The position numbers and the translations under genes are program-made. A stretch of 64,000 bases of DNA. Origin: Nitrospira sp. Lineage in GTDB: Bacteria > Nitrospirota > Nitrospiria > Nitrospirales > Nitrospiraceae. Shown in pieces: positions 8,831 through 18,547 of this stretch. The notes beneath the pieces are model-generated. The model was not told the DNA's origin and did no database searches. It was given only the letters and a program-made list of their open reading frames with translations. Within the stretch, counting starts at the first letter, position 1; each line of letters starts with the position of its first letter. The stretch spans positions 1,337,176-1,401,175 of the forward strand of contig AP038806.1 of the NCBI GenBank assembly GCA_047150005.1, written 5' to 3'.

Positions 8831-9913
8831 ATGCGGCTATTTCTCCTCTGGATCGTCGCGATGCTCTTCTGGCCCCAGAACCCCTCAGCATGGGAAAGTC
8901 TCGGTCATGAAGTGATTGCCGATGCCGCGCAAGAGCATCTCTCGCCTGAGACGACGAAGACCATCGCACAGATCCTCGGCCATGGCACGACGCTCCCCCC
9001 ACATGCCTTGGCAAAAGCCTCGACATGGCCGGATCAGATCCGGGATCTCCAACGACACGGGGTCGCTGCGTCCAAACTGACCGAGCACGAGTTGAAAGAA
9101 GCTCAGGCGTTCAATACAGCCTTTCCCGACCATGCCCAGTGGCATTTCGTGAATCTGCCGCTGGGAAGTGCGCACTATCCCGACGACGCGGATCTCGACG
9201 ATCTCCTCACACCGTTTACAAATCCTCATGACATCGTGCAGATGCTCAATGTGTGCATTGAAACGCTCGAAACCGTCGGCGACGTAACCCCCTGGACAAA
9301 GGCCCAGGCGCTTCGGTGGCTCATTCATCTCGTAGGGGACGTCCATCAGCCCCTGCATGTCACAACTGGTTACTATCGGACCACGCACCAGGATCTGCCG
9401 AATCCGGTCCTGATTGAACATCCTCACGATGCCGGTCAGGTTGGCGTACTGGGCGATCGCGGCGGGAACGATTTGCTATTCAGTGACTCAGCGAGGGATA
9501 ACCTGCATGCGTTGTGGGATAGCTGCCTCGTCAAAGCCTTGGCCGGGATACGTGCGTGTGGAAAGACGCCCGCCCCTGAGGACGTCGCACGACTCGGTTA
9601 CCTCATTGCCCAACGCATGACGCTGGCCTCCGCGTCGGACTATCGTTCATCGGGTGAGCATTTCAGCTGGGGAGCGCACTGGGCAACGGATTCACTCAAA
9701 ACGGCACGCGCGTCGAAGGCCTATGAGTTTGTCCGGCGAAATGGGATTGTGCGGGATAGTCAACGCGCAGACGCGTCGATCCGTATGACGATTGACGCTC
9801 CCCCCACGAAAGCCGAATACAGCACGAGCCATGAGCCCGTCGTCGCGGCACAATTGACGAAGGCAGCCGTTCGACTCGCCGACCTGTTGAATCACCTGGC
9901 CTGGAAACCATAG
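8831..9913 (+). CDS. Secreted S1/P1 family nuclease
   Basis: Signal peptide followed by W-x3-GH, ASTWPDQIRD, WHFVN, LIHLVGDVHQPLH, DRGGN and NLHALWDS, the zinc-binding motifs of S1/P1 nucleases. Confidence 0.92.
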   Translation: MRLFLLWIVAMLFWPQNPSAWESLGHEVIADAAQEHLSPETTKTIAQILGHGTTLPPHALAKASTWPDQIRDLQRHGVAASKLTEHELKEAQAFNTAFPDHAQWHFVNLPLGSAHYPDDADLDDLLTPFTNPHDIVQMLNVCIETLETVGDVTPWTKAQALRWLIHLVGDVHQPLHVTTGYYRTTHQDLPNPVLIEHPHDAGQVGVLGDRGGNDLLFSDSARDNLHALWDSCLVKALAGIRACGKTPAPEDVARLGYLIAQRMTLASASDYRSSGEHFSWGAHWATDSLKTARASKAYEFVRRNGIVRDSQRADASIRMTIDAPPTKAEYSTSHEPVVAAQLTKAAVRLADLLNHLAWKP

Positions 9914-10460
9914 GACGACCCTCGATGGCCTATGAACACGAGGCCAGCAGCTTGCGCAAGATCAAAGCGGTTAGATGCCGCTGACGCTGCGGAAGAGCAT
10001 AGCTGTCTACGCGCTGGAGGAATGCAGACACAGCCTTGGTACAGCGCATGTTCATCATCGATTGGCTTGAATGGACGCGTAATTGGTCGTCGCTCAGTGT
10101 ACCGGATGTACTCGGTTACTTGCTTTCTCAGTTCGAGCGCCCATTGTTTTCGGATGGATGCAAGACAGAGAACCAAGGGTTCAAGTCCACAGCCGCGTCG
10201 AATAGCGACATGGACGACCGATCCATGCCACTTGTAGCCTGCCGAGTCAGGTCATGAGCAAAATATTCGGCATGGTAGATGTAAGCATTTGAAGCAGAAG
10301 GATGCCCCTTTCCCCAAGCAATGGCAACTGCCTGGAACTTGGATAAACCTCCTAAAAAGAGATTCGAGAAACAGTCCAAACAAGCTATATACGACGGAGC
10401 TTGTGTGCACATCTGGGCTTCCTAGACTTATTGATTGAGGGATCGGATGCCTACAACAAG

Positions 10461-12389
10461 ATGAGACTCGAATCAGTACGCATTAAGAATCTCCGATCCT
10501 TTGCCGATGTCACCGTCCCTTTCAATGACTACACTTGCCTAGTGGGGCCAAATGGCTCTGGCAAATCGACCATCTTGTGCGCCCTCAACGTCTTTTTTCG
10601 TGAAACCGAGAACTCCGGCACTGACCTGAGTCAGCTCGATCGTGAGGATTTTCATCAAAAGAATACCGCTGAACCAATAGAGATTACTGTCACATTCACA
10701 GACTTACGCCCTGAAGCCCAGCAGGACTTTTCCAATTACTATCGTCAGGGAAAGCTCATCATTTCCGCAGTTGCTACTTTCAATGATGCCACCGGAAAAG
10801 CCGAGGTTAGACAGTACGGCCAGCGGCTCGCCATGCCGGGGTTCAAAGAATTTTTCCGAGCCGTTGGTGATAACAAGAAGGTCTCTGAACTAAAGACTCT
10901 TTATACTGAGATCCAGAAACACTTTGGCGATCTTCCAACCCCAGGCACGAAGGACGCCATGATCGAGGCTCTCCGCAAGTATGAAACCGATCACCCCGAT
11001 CAATGCGAATTGATCGCGAGCGAAGATCAGTTTTATGGGGTCTCCAAGGGTGCTAACCGTCTTGCACAATACATTCAGTGGGTTTACGTCCCCGCAGTCA
11101 AAGATGCAGCCACGGAACAGCTTGAGGCCAGAGACACAGCCCTCGGCAAACTGCTGGCGCGTACCGTTCGGGCGAAGACAAATTTTGAAGAGGCCGTCAA
11201 AGCTCTTCGCACTGGGATGCAGGAACAATATCAACAGCTTCTCGATAAGAATCAGGAGGTTTTGAAGGAACTCTCAGATTCACTCCAGATCCGCTTAACC
11301 GAGTGGGCACACCCAGAAGCCACTTTGAAGCTTGAGTGGCGTCAAGATCCTGATAAATCTGTGCGGGTCGAAGAGCCATTAGCAAGAATCATCGCAGGAG
11401 AGGGCAATTTCGAGGGTGAACTCCCCAGATTCGGGCATGGCCTTCAGAGGTCCTACCTCCTTGCTTTGTTGCATGAACTCGCTAGTAGCGATGACAAGGC
11501 CACTCCGCGGCTTATTTTAGGGTGCGAAGAACCTGAGCTCTATCAACATCCCCCTCAGGCCAGACATCTAGCCACCGTCCTCCAAGACCTCAGTAAAGCC
11601 AACTCACAGGTTATTGTTTCGACCCATAGTCCATTATTCGTCTCCGGCGAGGGATTTGAAGATGTCCGCATGGTCAGAAAAGATGCCATTCTAAAGCACT
11701 CGACAGTCACATATATGTCCTACAAAGACATAGCCGATGCCGTTGCAGCCGCCACGGGAGAACCGCCCAGTAAACCTCAGGGTGTTCTGGCAAAGATCCA
11801 CCAAGCATTACAGCCTTCGCTCAATGAGATGTTTTTCACCTCCCGTCTCGTATTGGTCGAGGGTCTTGAAGATGTTGCTTATCTGAGTTCCTACCTTCAT
11901 CTCCTCAATAAATGGGACCAGTACCGACGCAGCGGTTGTCATATTGTCCCCGTGAATGGCAAGAGTGAGATGTTACGCCCGGTGGTGATTGCCAAACGGA
12001 TCGGCACTCCAACCTTCGTTGTCTTTGATTCAGATGCCGATGAGCCGGATCCAGGCAAGAGGGCAAAACATGAGAAAGATAACAAAGCCCTGCTTGCGCT
12101 TCTAGGCAAGGCAAACGAAAACCCATTACCCACAACCAGCTTGTGGGGCCCTGGGTTTGTCATGTGGCGATCAAATATTGGCTCGCTTGTTAGAGCAGAA
12201 ATTGGTGCAGCTGAGTGGAGTGCCTTTCAAGCAGAAGCTGACAAGCAGTACGGCCATGCTGGCGGACTTCGGAAAAATACACTGCATATCGGGTTTTGTC
12301 TTGCCCAAGCTTGGGAATCAGGCAAAAGGTCGCCGAGTCTCGAACGCCTGTGTAATGAGATTTTGAATCCAGCCGTCAGTGTACAGTGA
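10461..12389 (+). CDS. OLD-family ATP-dependent nuclease (ABC-type ATPase + TOPRIM)
   Basis: MRLESVRIKNLRSF start, Walker A GPNGSGKS, Walker B/D-loop CEEPELYQHP, H-loop STHSP, TOPRIM LVEGLED and DSD acidic motifs. Confidence 0.92.
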   Translation: MRLESVRIKNLRSFADVTVPFNDYTCLVGPNGSGKSTILCALNVFFRETENSGTDLSQLDREDFHQKNTAEPIEITVTFTDLRPEAQQDFSNYYRQGKLIISAVATFNDATGKAEVRQYGQRLAMPGFKEFFRAVGDNKKVSELKTLYTEIQKHFGDLPTPGTKDAMIEALRKYETDHPDQCELIASEDQFYGVSKGANRLAQYIQWVYVPAVKDAATEQLEARDTALGKLLARTVRAKTNFEEAVKALRTGMQEQYQQLLDKNQEVLKELSDSLQIRLTEWAHPEATLKLEWRQDPDKSVRVEEPLARIIAGEGNFEGELPRFGHGLQRSYLLALLHELASSDDKATPRLILGCEEPELYQHPPQARHLATVLQDLSKANSQVIVSTHSPLFVSGEGFEDVRMVRKDAILKHSTVTYMSYKDIADAVAAATGEPPSKPQGVLAKIHQALQPSLNEMFFTSRLVLVEGLEDVAYLSSYLHLLNKWDQYRRSGCHIVPVNGKSEMLRPVVIAKRIGTPTFVVFDSDADEPDPGKRAKHEKDNKALLALLGKANENPLPTTSLWGPGFVMWRSNIGSLVRAEIGAAEWSAFQAEADKQYGHAGGLRKNTLHIGFCLAQAWESGKRSPSLERLCNEILNPAVSVQ

Positions 12390-12431
12390 CAACCGTGTTT
12401 CCGGGGAAATGGCCAACTGAGAAGACACAAT

Positions 12432-13673
12432 ATGCGGGTCATCCACACTTCCGATTGGCATCTTGGCCAGGAACTGCATGGTTTCGACCGTCGCGTCGAA
12501 CATGACTCGTTTCTCGACTGGCTAGCCAACCAACTGATCGAACAAAAGGCTGACGCACTCATCATCACGGGCGACGTTTACGACACAGTCAATCCGCCTA
12601 TCCCCGCTCAACAGCGCCTGTATCGATTCTTACGGCGAGTAATAACCGAAAGTCCTCACCTTCAAATAGTGCTCATCGGCGGCAATCATGATTCAGCTGC
12701 ACGACTTGAGCTGCCGAAACACCTTCTTGATGCTAGCCGAGTCCACCTCATCGGGGGAATGCCTCGGCATAATAGTCAACCGGTTGTAGGACAGACCCTG
12801 CTTGAACTACGGGACGCGACCGGAACGCCCCGAGCTGTGTGCGCTGCCGTCCCCTACCTCCGCCCCGGAGATCTTCCCACAGTCGCCAGTGGTGAACGCC
12901 CCCTTCACGCTCTCTACCAGCAAGTTATTGAGGCTGGGCACGTCATGCATGAAGGTCTTCCATTGATCGTCACAGGCCACTTACACATGAGCGGCGGAGC
13001 AGTGTCGGAACTGAGCGAACGACGAATCGTCATAGGAGGCGAGGAGGCGGTTTCCTCTGATCTTTTCCCAGCAAGTGTCTCCTATGTCGCTTTAGGCCAT
13101 CTCCACAAACCACAGTCTGTCTCAGGTCACACGATCATCCGCTATGCCGGATCGCCCTTTCCTATGTCGGTCGCGGAGAGGAACTATCAACACAGTATCG
13201 TCGTGATCGATTTCGATACGACGGCTGACCTCACAATAGATTTGGTGCAGACCCCAAGACCCGTCGCCTTCCTTCGGATTCCGGAAGTTGGCGCAGCGCC
13301 ACTCGACCAAGTCGAGGATGAATTACGCAACCTCGAGATCGACGATCCTGGGCAGGATCGTCGACCATTCCTGGAGGTCGCGGTTCGGCTCGATGGAGCT
13401 GAGCCAGAGCTTCGGTCACGTATCGAAGCTGCCTTGGAGGGGAAGCCTGTCCGACTCACCCGCATCATTCGCCAGACCGAAGGACAGGGAGGCACATTAG
13501 CCGACAACGTGGAAGGAGATACAGAGCTCGACGCGCTGGAGCCTGCCCACGTCTTCGCTCGTCGACATGTTGAGGAATACGGAGTCGAGCCGGCGGCGGA
13601 ACTCAAAAGCGCCTTTGACGAAGTGCTGACGAGCATCTCATCGTCGGAGAACGATCAGACAGGCGCGACATGA
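12432..13673 (+). CDS. sbcD: Exonuclease SbcCD subunit D (Mre11-like)
   Basis: Metallophosphoesterase motifs HTSDWHLG, TGDVYD, GGNHDS, GHLH and LGHLH, plus an SbcD C-terminal region. Confidence 0.95.
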   Translation: MRVIHTSDWHLGQELHGFDRRVEHDSFLDWLANQLIEQKADALIITGDVYDTVNPPIPAQQRLYRFLRRVITESPHLQIVLIGGNHDSAARLELPKHLLDASRVHLIGGMPRHNSQPVVGQTLLELRDATGTPRAVCAAVPYLRPGDLPTVASGERPLHALYQQVIEAGHVMHEGLPLIVTGHLHMSGGAVSELSERRIVIGGEEAVSSDLFPASVSYVALGHLHKPQSVSGHTIIRYAGSPFPMSVAERNYQHSIVVIDFDTTADLTIDLVQTPRPVAFLRIPEVGAAPLDQVEDELRNLEIDDPGQDRRPFLEVAVRLDGAEPELRSRIEAALEGKPVRLTRIIRQTEGQGGTLADNVEGDTELDALEPAHVFARRHVEEYGVEPAAELKSAFDEVLTSISSSENDQTGAT

Positions 13674-16600
13674 GAATCCTTGCGATCCGAGGCGAAAACC
13701 TTGCCAGCCTCTCCGACCCATTCGAAGTCGACTTCGAGGCAGAGCCAATCCGCAGCTCTGGCATCTTCGTGATTACTGGGCCAACCGGCGCTGGGAAGAC
13801 AACCCTGCTGGATGCGCTTTGCCTTGCACTGTTTGACCGGCTCCCTCGCATGGATACAGCAGAGAGTGGAGCATCAATTGGACGGATCGAAGGCGATCTT
13901 TCGCAGCAGCTCAAATATGATGACGTACGCGGGATTCTTCGTCATGGCGCCGGCACGGGCTATGCGGAGGTAGACTTTGTCGCACAGGATGGACAGCGGT
14001 ACCGATCTCGTTGGGAAGTGAATCGTGCGCGGGGCAAAGCCAATGGGAAACTTCAGGGTCAGAAGATCACGCTCACGGAGATCAAGTCCGGCGCAATTAT
14101 CGGTGACAAGAAGACTGATGCGCTTCAGCAGATTCAAAAGCGAATCGGGCTCAGCTTCGATCAATTTCGACGATCAGTCCTTCTAGCCCAGGGCGACTTT
14201 GACACTTTCATAAAGGCCGGCTCAAAAGACAGAGCCGAACTCCTCGAAAAGATCACAGGGACCCAGATTTACTCTGATATCTCGCGGGCCGCATTCGCCC
14301 GAGCCAAACAGGAGCGGGAAGCGCTACGAGACCTTGAAACCCAACTCGGTGAGCATCAGCCACTTGGGGATGAAGCAAGAACTGCGGCAGAGCTACGCCT
14401 CAAGGAAACTAGGACTGAACGAGACCGTATCGAGGCAGCCCGAGTCACTCTCAGGAAATGGGAGGATTGGCACGAGGTTAAATCTCGACTCGACACACGT
14501 GTTGTGGAAGGGAATGCGGCGCTGACGCAAGCCTTGGCGTTAGATCACAATGCTGAGAGTGATCGGGCCACACTCGCAATGGCAAAGAAGGCATTTGCCC
14601 TGCGTGCCGAGATCGAGACAGCAACGGCCACCGGAAGGCGGCTGGCAGACGCAGGGAAAGCATTCGCCGAGGCACAGGAAGGTGAACGTACAGCGCTAGA
14701 GAAGCGCGATAAAGCAGTTTCGGCGAGCAACGCTGCCAAGGGTGAACGCGACAAAGAACGAGCCGCCTATGATGCGATAGGCCCTGAGCTCGATAAAGCG
14801 CAACGGCTCGACGCCCTGATTGAATTAGCCAAGGTTGATTTGGCAGATCTAGCAGACTTCCTAAGAAAGAGCTTCAAGGAGAAAGACACCGCGCACGATG
14901 CCGTTACAGAGGTCGAGCGTACACTCAGGGCGACACGAGACCAGCGTGAAAATGATGGCCGTTGGCTCGAAGAACACAAATCAATCGAGGCACTTTCGGT
15001 ACGAATGAAAGATGTCGAGAGGGATCTATCCGAGCGGCTCACTCTGACATCTAACATTACATCAACCGAGTCAATGATTCGGCAGCTTGCTCTCGATGTG
15101 GAAGTTGCCAGAACATCCCGCCGGGAAAAGGAAAGTGTGGTCGCGGCCCTCCAGGAACAAGACCGTAAACTAGACGAGCAGATTGCCACCCTCCGACAAA
15201 TTGCTGGCGCAATCGATGCCTCTGCGGTTGAAGCCAGACGCGATAAGCTTATGCAGGTTCAGGCTGCGTTGGATAATGCGCAGCACGCTTCAGAAGATGC
15301 CCGGAAGGCCCATGGGGCAATCATTACGGCAAACGATGAGGCAGCCAAGCAGGAAACTCTCATCCATCGCGCTTCCGGGGTCATGACTCAGATAGATGCC
15401 GAGTTACCCACGGACCTTGCACGTATGGAAGAAGCCCGGCGCAGCCTTGCTCTTTCCGAAGCGGCGGGAACGGAGGCAGCAGAGCATCTTCGACTCAAAC
15501 TGGAAGAGGGACAACCATGTCCAGTCTGCGGAGCAACGGAACACCCCGTCGCCGACGTTGATCGACTCCTTAAGGCTCGAGTACTGGCCGATCATAGTCG
15601 CGTCGCCGAGTTGGAAACGAAGGTGTCATCCGCTCAGGCTAACCGTACCCGCTCAGAGACACAGATCGCTGCGGCAAAGGATGCACTAGAAGGAGTCCTG
15701 CGGCGGAGATCGACTCAAGAGAAAGAATTGCGGGTTGCACTCGACAAATGGCAGGCATCAGTTGCTTCTGCATCGACCTATTGTGGCGAGATTGGAGTTT
15801 CCGTCCCAACCTTCCCCGAGGATGCCATTGGCGCAGAAAGTGTAGCGGCCATCAACTCCGCTCGAGGGACAGTGGAGAAGCTGCTGAGTGATGCCAGGGA
15901 GATCATTAAGCGTGCGTCCGACGCTGAAGCTCAAATCCGAACAGTCTCCGATGATCGTGAGAACGTTCGCGCTCGCCTATTAACCGCAAATGCAGACATT
16001 GTGAAGCTCACGGATGAAGAACATGACAAAGTCAGTAAGGCGGGGATGCTCCAAGCGACTCTTCAAGGAACGAAGCAGAATCTAGTCTCCCTCTATTCCC
16101 GTCTCGACACAGCGCTCGCCCTGGTGTTTCCCAACTGGCAGAATCAAATTACCAGCACCGATGAACCATTCGTAGAGATCTGCAGCAATCTTGTCAACGA
16201 CTGGCATATATGTCGTAGACGGCATGAGATGACCGCTGCCGATATTTCCCGCGTTGAGGCAGATCTGGAGGGAAAGCGGGCAACGCTCAAGGGGCTGGAG
16301 ACCGCCATCGAGGAAACCCAGAAACGACATGCAGACAAGAAAGATGAGCTCAACGGGCACAATAGTGAGCGCATCCTGGTTATCAAAGGACGGCCCGTCG
16401 GAGAGGTTCGGACTGAATACAGAAAGCGGTCGGAAGCCACAGAAAAACTCTGGAACGAAGCCGAGCATAAGAAATCCATGGCCGAGCAGATTGCTGCTGG
16501 GATGTCGTCAAATGCCCTTGCCGCTCGTAAGACCGCTGAGGCAGCAAGAATCGACCATGAATCGGCAGAGGCTTTGCTCACAGAAAAGCTCCTGGCCAAT

Positions 16601-17443
16601 AACATCAGTAGGTCGCAAGCCGAATCCGCAATCACCAAAGGTGAGGCATGGGTTGTAGCGGAACAGGTTCGTCTCGATACCCTTCGAGAAGCCGTCGCGG
16701 CCGCAAGGGCAACTCTCCTTGAGAGACAACAGTCTGCTAAGGAGCACGAAGCCGCTGATCACCCGACACAAACTCGAGAAGAAATCGCCACGGCCCTCAA
16801 GGAGATAGAGGCGCAGCACACCAAGGCATCAGAGGCATATGTCGAAGCAAGCTCGGTTCTCCTGAGTGACGACCAAGCGCGTTCAAGAACAGGGAAAATC
16901 AAAGCCGCTCTTCATGAGCGACAACAGCAGGCACGTGTATGGGGACAGCTTGACGATCTCATCGGTTCAGCTGACGGCACCAAGTTTCGGCGATTCGCTC
17001 AATCTCTGACATTAAATCATCTCATTCGTTTGGCGAACCAGCACCTGAATAATTTACACCCTCGATATGAGCTACAACGAGCACCAGGCAGCGATCTTGT
17101 ACTACAGGTCATCGATCGCAACATGGCTGATGAGGTCCGCGGTGTTCATAACCTTTCGGGCGGTGAAAGATTTCTGGTTAGCCTTTCTCTAGCACTCGGG
17201 CTCGCCAGCATGTCGTCGAATCGCGGGATTAAGGTTGAGAGCTTGTTTATCGACGAAGGATTTGGTGCACTCGATAGCAATAGCCTGGCAATGGCGGTCT
17301 CTGTCCTAGAACAACTTCAAGCAACAGGTCGCCAAGTCGGTGTGATTAGCCATGTCGAGGAGATGAAAGAACGAATCGCTGTAAAGGTGGAGGTGACCCC
17401 GGTCGGCAGCGGCAGAAGCACCATCCAAGTTGTAACCGCCTGA
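13670..17443 (+). CDS. sbcC: Exonuclease SbcCD subunit C (Rad50-like SMC ATPase)
   Basis: Walker A GPTGAGKT, long coiled coils, central CPVCG zinc hook, LSGGE signature and FIDEGFGALD Walker B/D-loop. ATGA overlap with sbcD. Confidence 0.95.
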   Translation: MRILAIRGENLASLSDPFEVDFEAEPIRSSGIFVITGPTGAGKTTLLDALCLALFDRLPRMDTAESGASIGRIEGDLSQQLKYDDVRGILRHGAGTGYAEVDFVAQDGQRYRSRWEVNRARGKANGKLQGQKITLTEIKSGAIIGDKKTDALQQIQKRIGLSFDQFRRSVLLAQGDFDTFIKAGSKDRAELLEKITGTQIYSDISRAAFARAKQEREALRDLETQLGEHQPLGDEARTAAELRLKETRTERDRIEAARVTLRKWEDWHEVKSRLDTRVVEGNAALTQALALDHNAESDRATLAMAKKAFALRAEIETATATGRRLADAGKAFAEAQEGERTALEKRDKAVSASNAAKGERDKERAAYDAIGPELDKAQRLDALIELAKVDLADLADFLRKSFKEKDTAHDAVTEVERTLRATRDQRENDGRWLEEHKSIEALSVRMKDVERDLSERLTLTSNITSTESMIRQLALDVEVARTSRREKESVVAALQEQDRKLDEQIATLRQIAGAIDASAVEARRDKLMQVQAALDNAQHASEDARKAHGAIITANDEAAKQETLIHRASGVMTQIDAELPTDLARMEEARRSLALSEAAGTEAAEHLRLKLEEGQPCPVCGATEHPVADVDRLLKARVLADHSRVAELETKVSSAQANRTRSETQIAAAKDALEGVLRRRSTQEKELRVALDKWQASVASASTYCGEIGVSVPTFPEDAIGAESVAAINSARGTVEKLLSDAREIIKRASDAEAQIRTVSDDRENVRARLLTANADIVKLTDEEHDKVSKAGMLQATLQGTKQNLVSLYSRLDTALALVFPNWQNQITSTDEPFVEICSNLVNDWHICRRRHEMTAADISRVEADLEGKRATLKGLETAIEETQKRHADKKDELNGHNSERILVIKGRPVGEVRTEYRKRSEATEKLWNEAEHKKSMAEQIAAGMSSNALAARKTAEAARIDHESAEALLTEKLLANNISRSQAESAITKGEAWVVAEQVRLDTLREAVAAARATLLERQQSAKEHEAADHPTQTREEIATALKEIEAQHTKASEAYVEASSVLLSDDQARSRTGKIKAALHERQQQARVWGQLDDLIGSADGTKFRRFAQSLTLNHLIRLANQHLNNLHPRYELQRAPGSDLVLQVIDRNMADEVRGVHNLSGGERFLVSLSLALGLASMSSNRGIKVESLFIDEGFGALDSNSLAMAVSVLEQLQATGRQVGVISHVEEMKERIAVKVEVTPVGSGRSTIQVVTA

Positions 17444-17588
17444 TCGTTTTGTTTCCGTGCGTAAGACCTGTAGCGGCTATAAGTGGCCAAAAAATCATCC
17501 GAATGTTAGCCATGATAGTTGACTCGATACCAGTGCAAGAAAGTAAGAGCGGGTCAAAAATGGTGAGAATGGTTATGAGAAGAAGGTT

Positions 17589-17666
17589 TGGGGTGGATGA
17601 CGGGTTTCGAACCCGCGACCTCCGGATCCACAATCCGGCGCTCTAACCAACTGAGCTACATCCACC
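17589..17666 (-). tRNA. tRNA-His (GUG)
   Basis: Reverse complement G-GTGGATG-TA-GCTCAGTTGGTTAGAGC-G-CCGGATTGTGGATCCGG-AGGTC-GCGGGTTCGAAACCCGT-CATCCAC-C-CCA folds as a cloverleaf with GTG anticodon, G-1:C73 pair and encoded CCA. Confidence 0.98.
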
Positions 17667-17746
17667 GTACGGGGCGGCACAGGCACGGACTTTCAACGGC
17701 GGCACGGGATCTTAACAAAGACGGACAAAATCCCGCAACCGACCCT

Positions 17747-18460
17747 TTAGCTTCGCCGATCGAATGCGGCCTGCATCTCGGCCAGGATGGCGCTTGCTGC
17801 AGCGGCGGGATCCGATGCCGCTCTGATCGGCCGGCCGACCACCAGGTAGTCGGCCCCGGCATCGATAGCCTGGGATGGAGTCGTGGCGCGGGCATGGTCG
17901 TCGGTGTCTTTACCTGCCGGACGGACACCCGGTGTCACGATCAGAAACCGTGGCCCCACCTTCGGACGGAGTACGCCTGGTTCCTCTCCCGACGCGACGA
18001 CTCCGTCGCAACCCATTTCGGAAGCGAGCAGCGCCCGGGCCGTCACCAGGTCCTGAACTGAATGTTGGATTCCCATCTCCCTCAAATCATGGCTGTCAAA
18101 ATTGGTCAGCACCGTGACGGCCAGGAGCTTGAGACTCGAATCGCCCCGTCCCTTCACCGCGGCGGCCAGGGCCTTCCGATTGGCATGGATGGTCAAAAAG
18201 TCGACTCCCATGGCAGCCACTCGTTCGGTCGCCCGACGAACCGTCTCTTCGATGTCGAGGAACTTGAGATCGAGGAAGACGCGTTTCCCCCGCTCAATCA
18301 GCCGCTGCACCATGGTCGGACCGGCCGCCGTATAGAGTTCCAATCCGACCTTGACGAAGGTGATCTGGTGCTGAACTTGGTCCATGAGCCGCTCAGCCTC
18401 GGCCGCCGACGGTACGTCAAGCGCCAGGATCAGTCTGTCATGTGCAAGGATTTTCGACAT
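17747..18460 (-). CDS. pyrF: Orotidine-5'-phosphate decarboxylase
   Basis: LILALDV, VKVGLEL, DLKFLDIEETV and VTPGVRP motifs. Confidence 0.97.
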   Translation of the reverse strand: MSKILAHDRLILALDVPSAAEAERLMDQVQHQITFVKVGLELYTAAGPTMVQRLIERGKRVFLDLKFLDIEETVRRATERVAAMGVDFLTIHANRKALAAAVKGRGDSSLKLLAVTVLTNFDSHDLREMGIQHSVQDLVTARALLASEMGCDGVVASGEEPGVLRPKVGPRFLIVTPGVRPAGKDTDDHARATTPSQAIDAGADYLVVGRPIRAASDPAAAASAILAEMQAAFDRRS

Positions 18461-18489
18461 GGGTTCCTCTCTACGCTCAATGCGCGCTC

Positions 18490-18519
18490 TTGACCATGCG
18501 GCGAGTCTTATGGTACAAA
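18490..18519 (+). promoter_or_regulatory. sigma70-type promoter candidate for rpsT
   Basis: TTGACC-N18-TACAAA with an extended TG, followed by an AAGGAG SD upstream of ATG 18548. Confidence 0.55.
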
Positions 18520-18547
18520 CCCTTCTTTTTTAAAAGGAGAGTACGTT

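Larger units (their letters stand above)
9914..17588. mobile_element. Probable horizontally acquired island at the tRNA-His 3' end (no integrase visible)
   Basis: Spot GC counts give about 42-55% in most sampled lines versus about 63% in a leuS line. The cargo is nuclease/ATPase genes and the block abuts the tRNA-His CCA end. The left boundary is uncertain and may include the S1/P1 gene. Confidence 0.6.

Noticed and set aside
8660-10460. Left att site duplicating the tRNA-His 3' end
   Set aside because: A search by eye for GGGGTGGATGACGGG or its complement found no match.
10461-17443. Assignment to Gabija, PARIS, Wadjet or Lamassu
   Set aside because: There is no UvrD helicase (GajB), the ATPase and TOPRIM are fused rather than split, there are no JetAB-like genes, and the SMC partner is a metallophosphoesterase with canonical SbcD/SbcC features.
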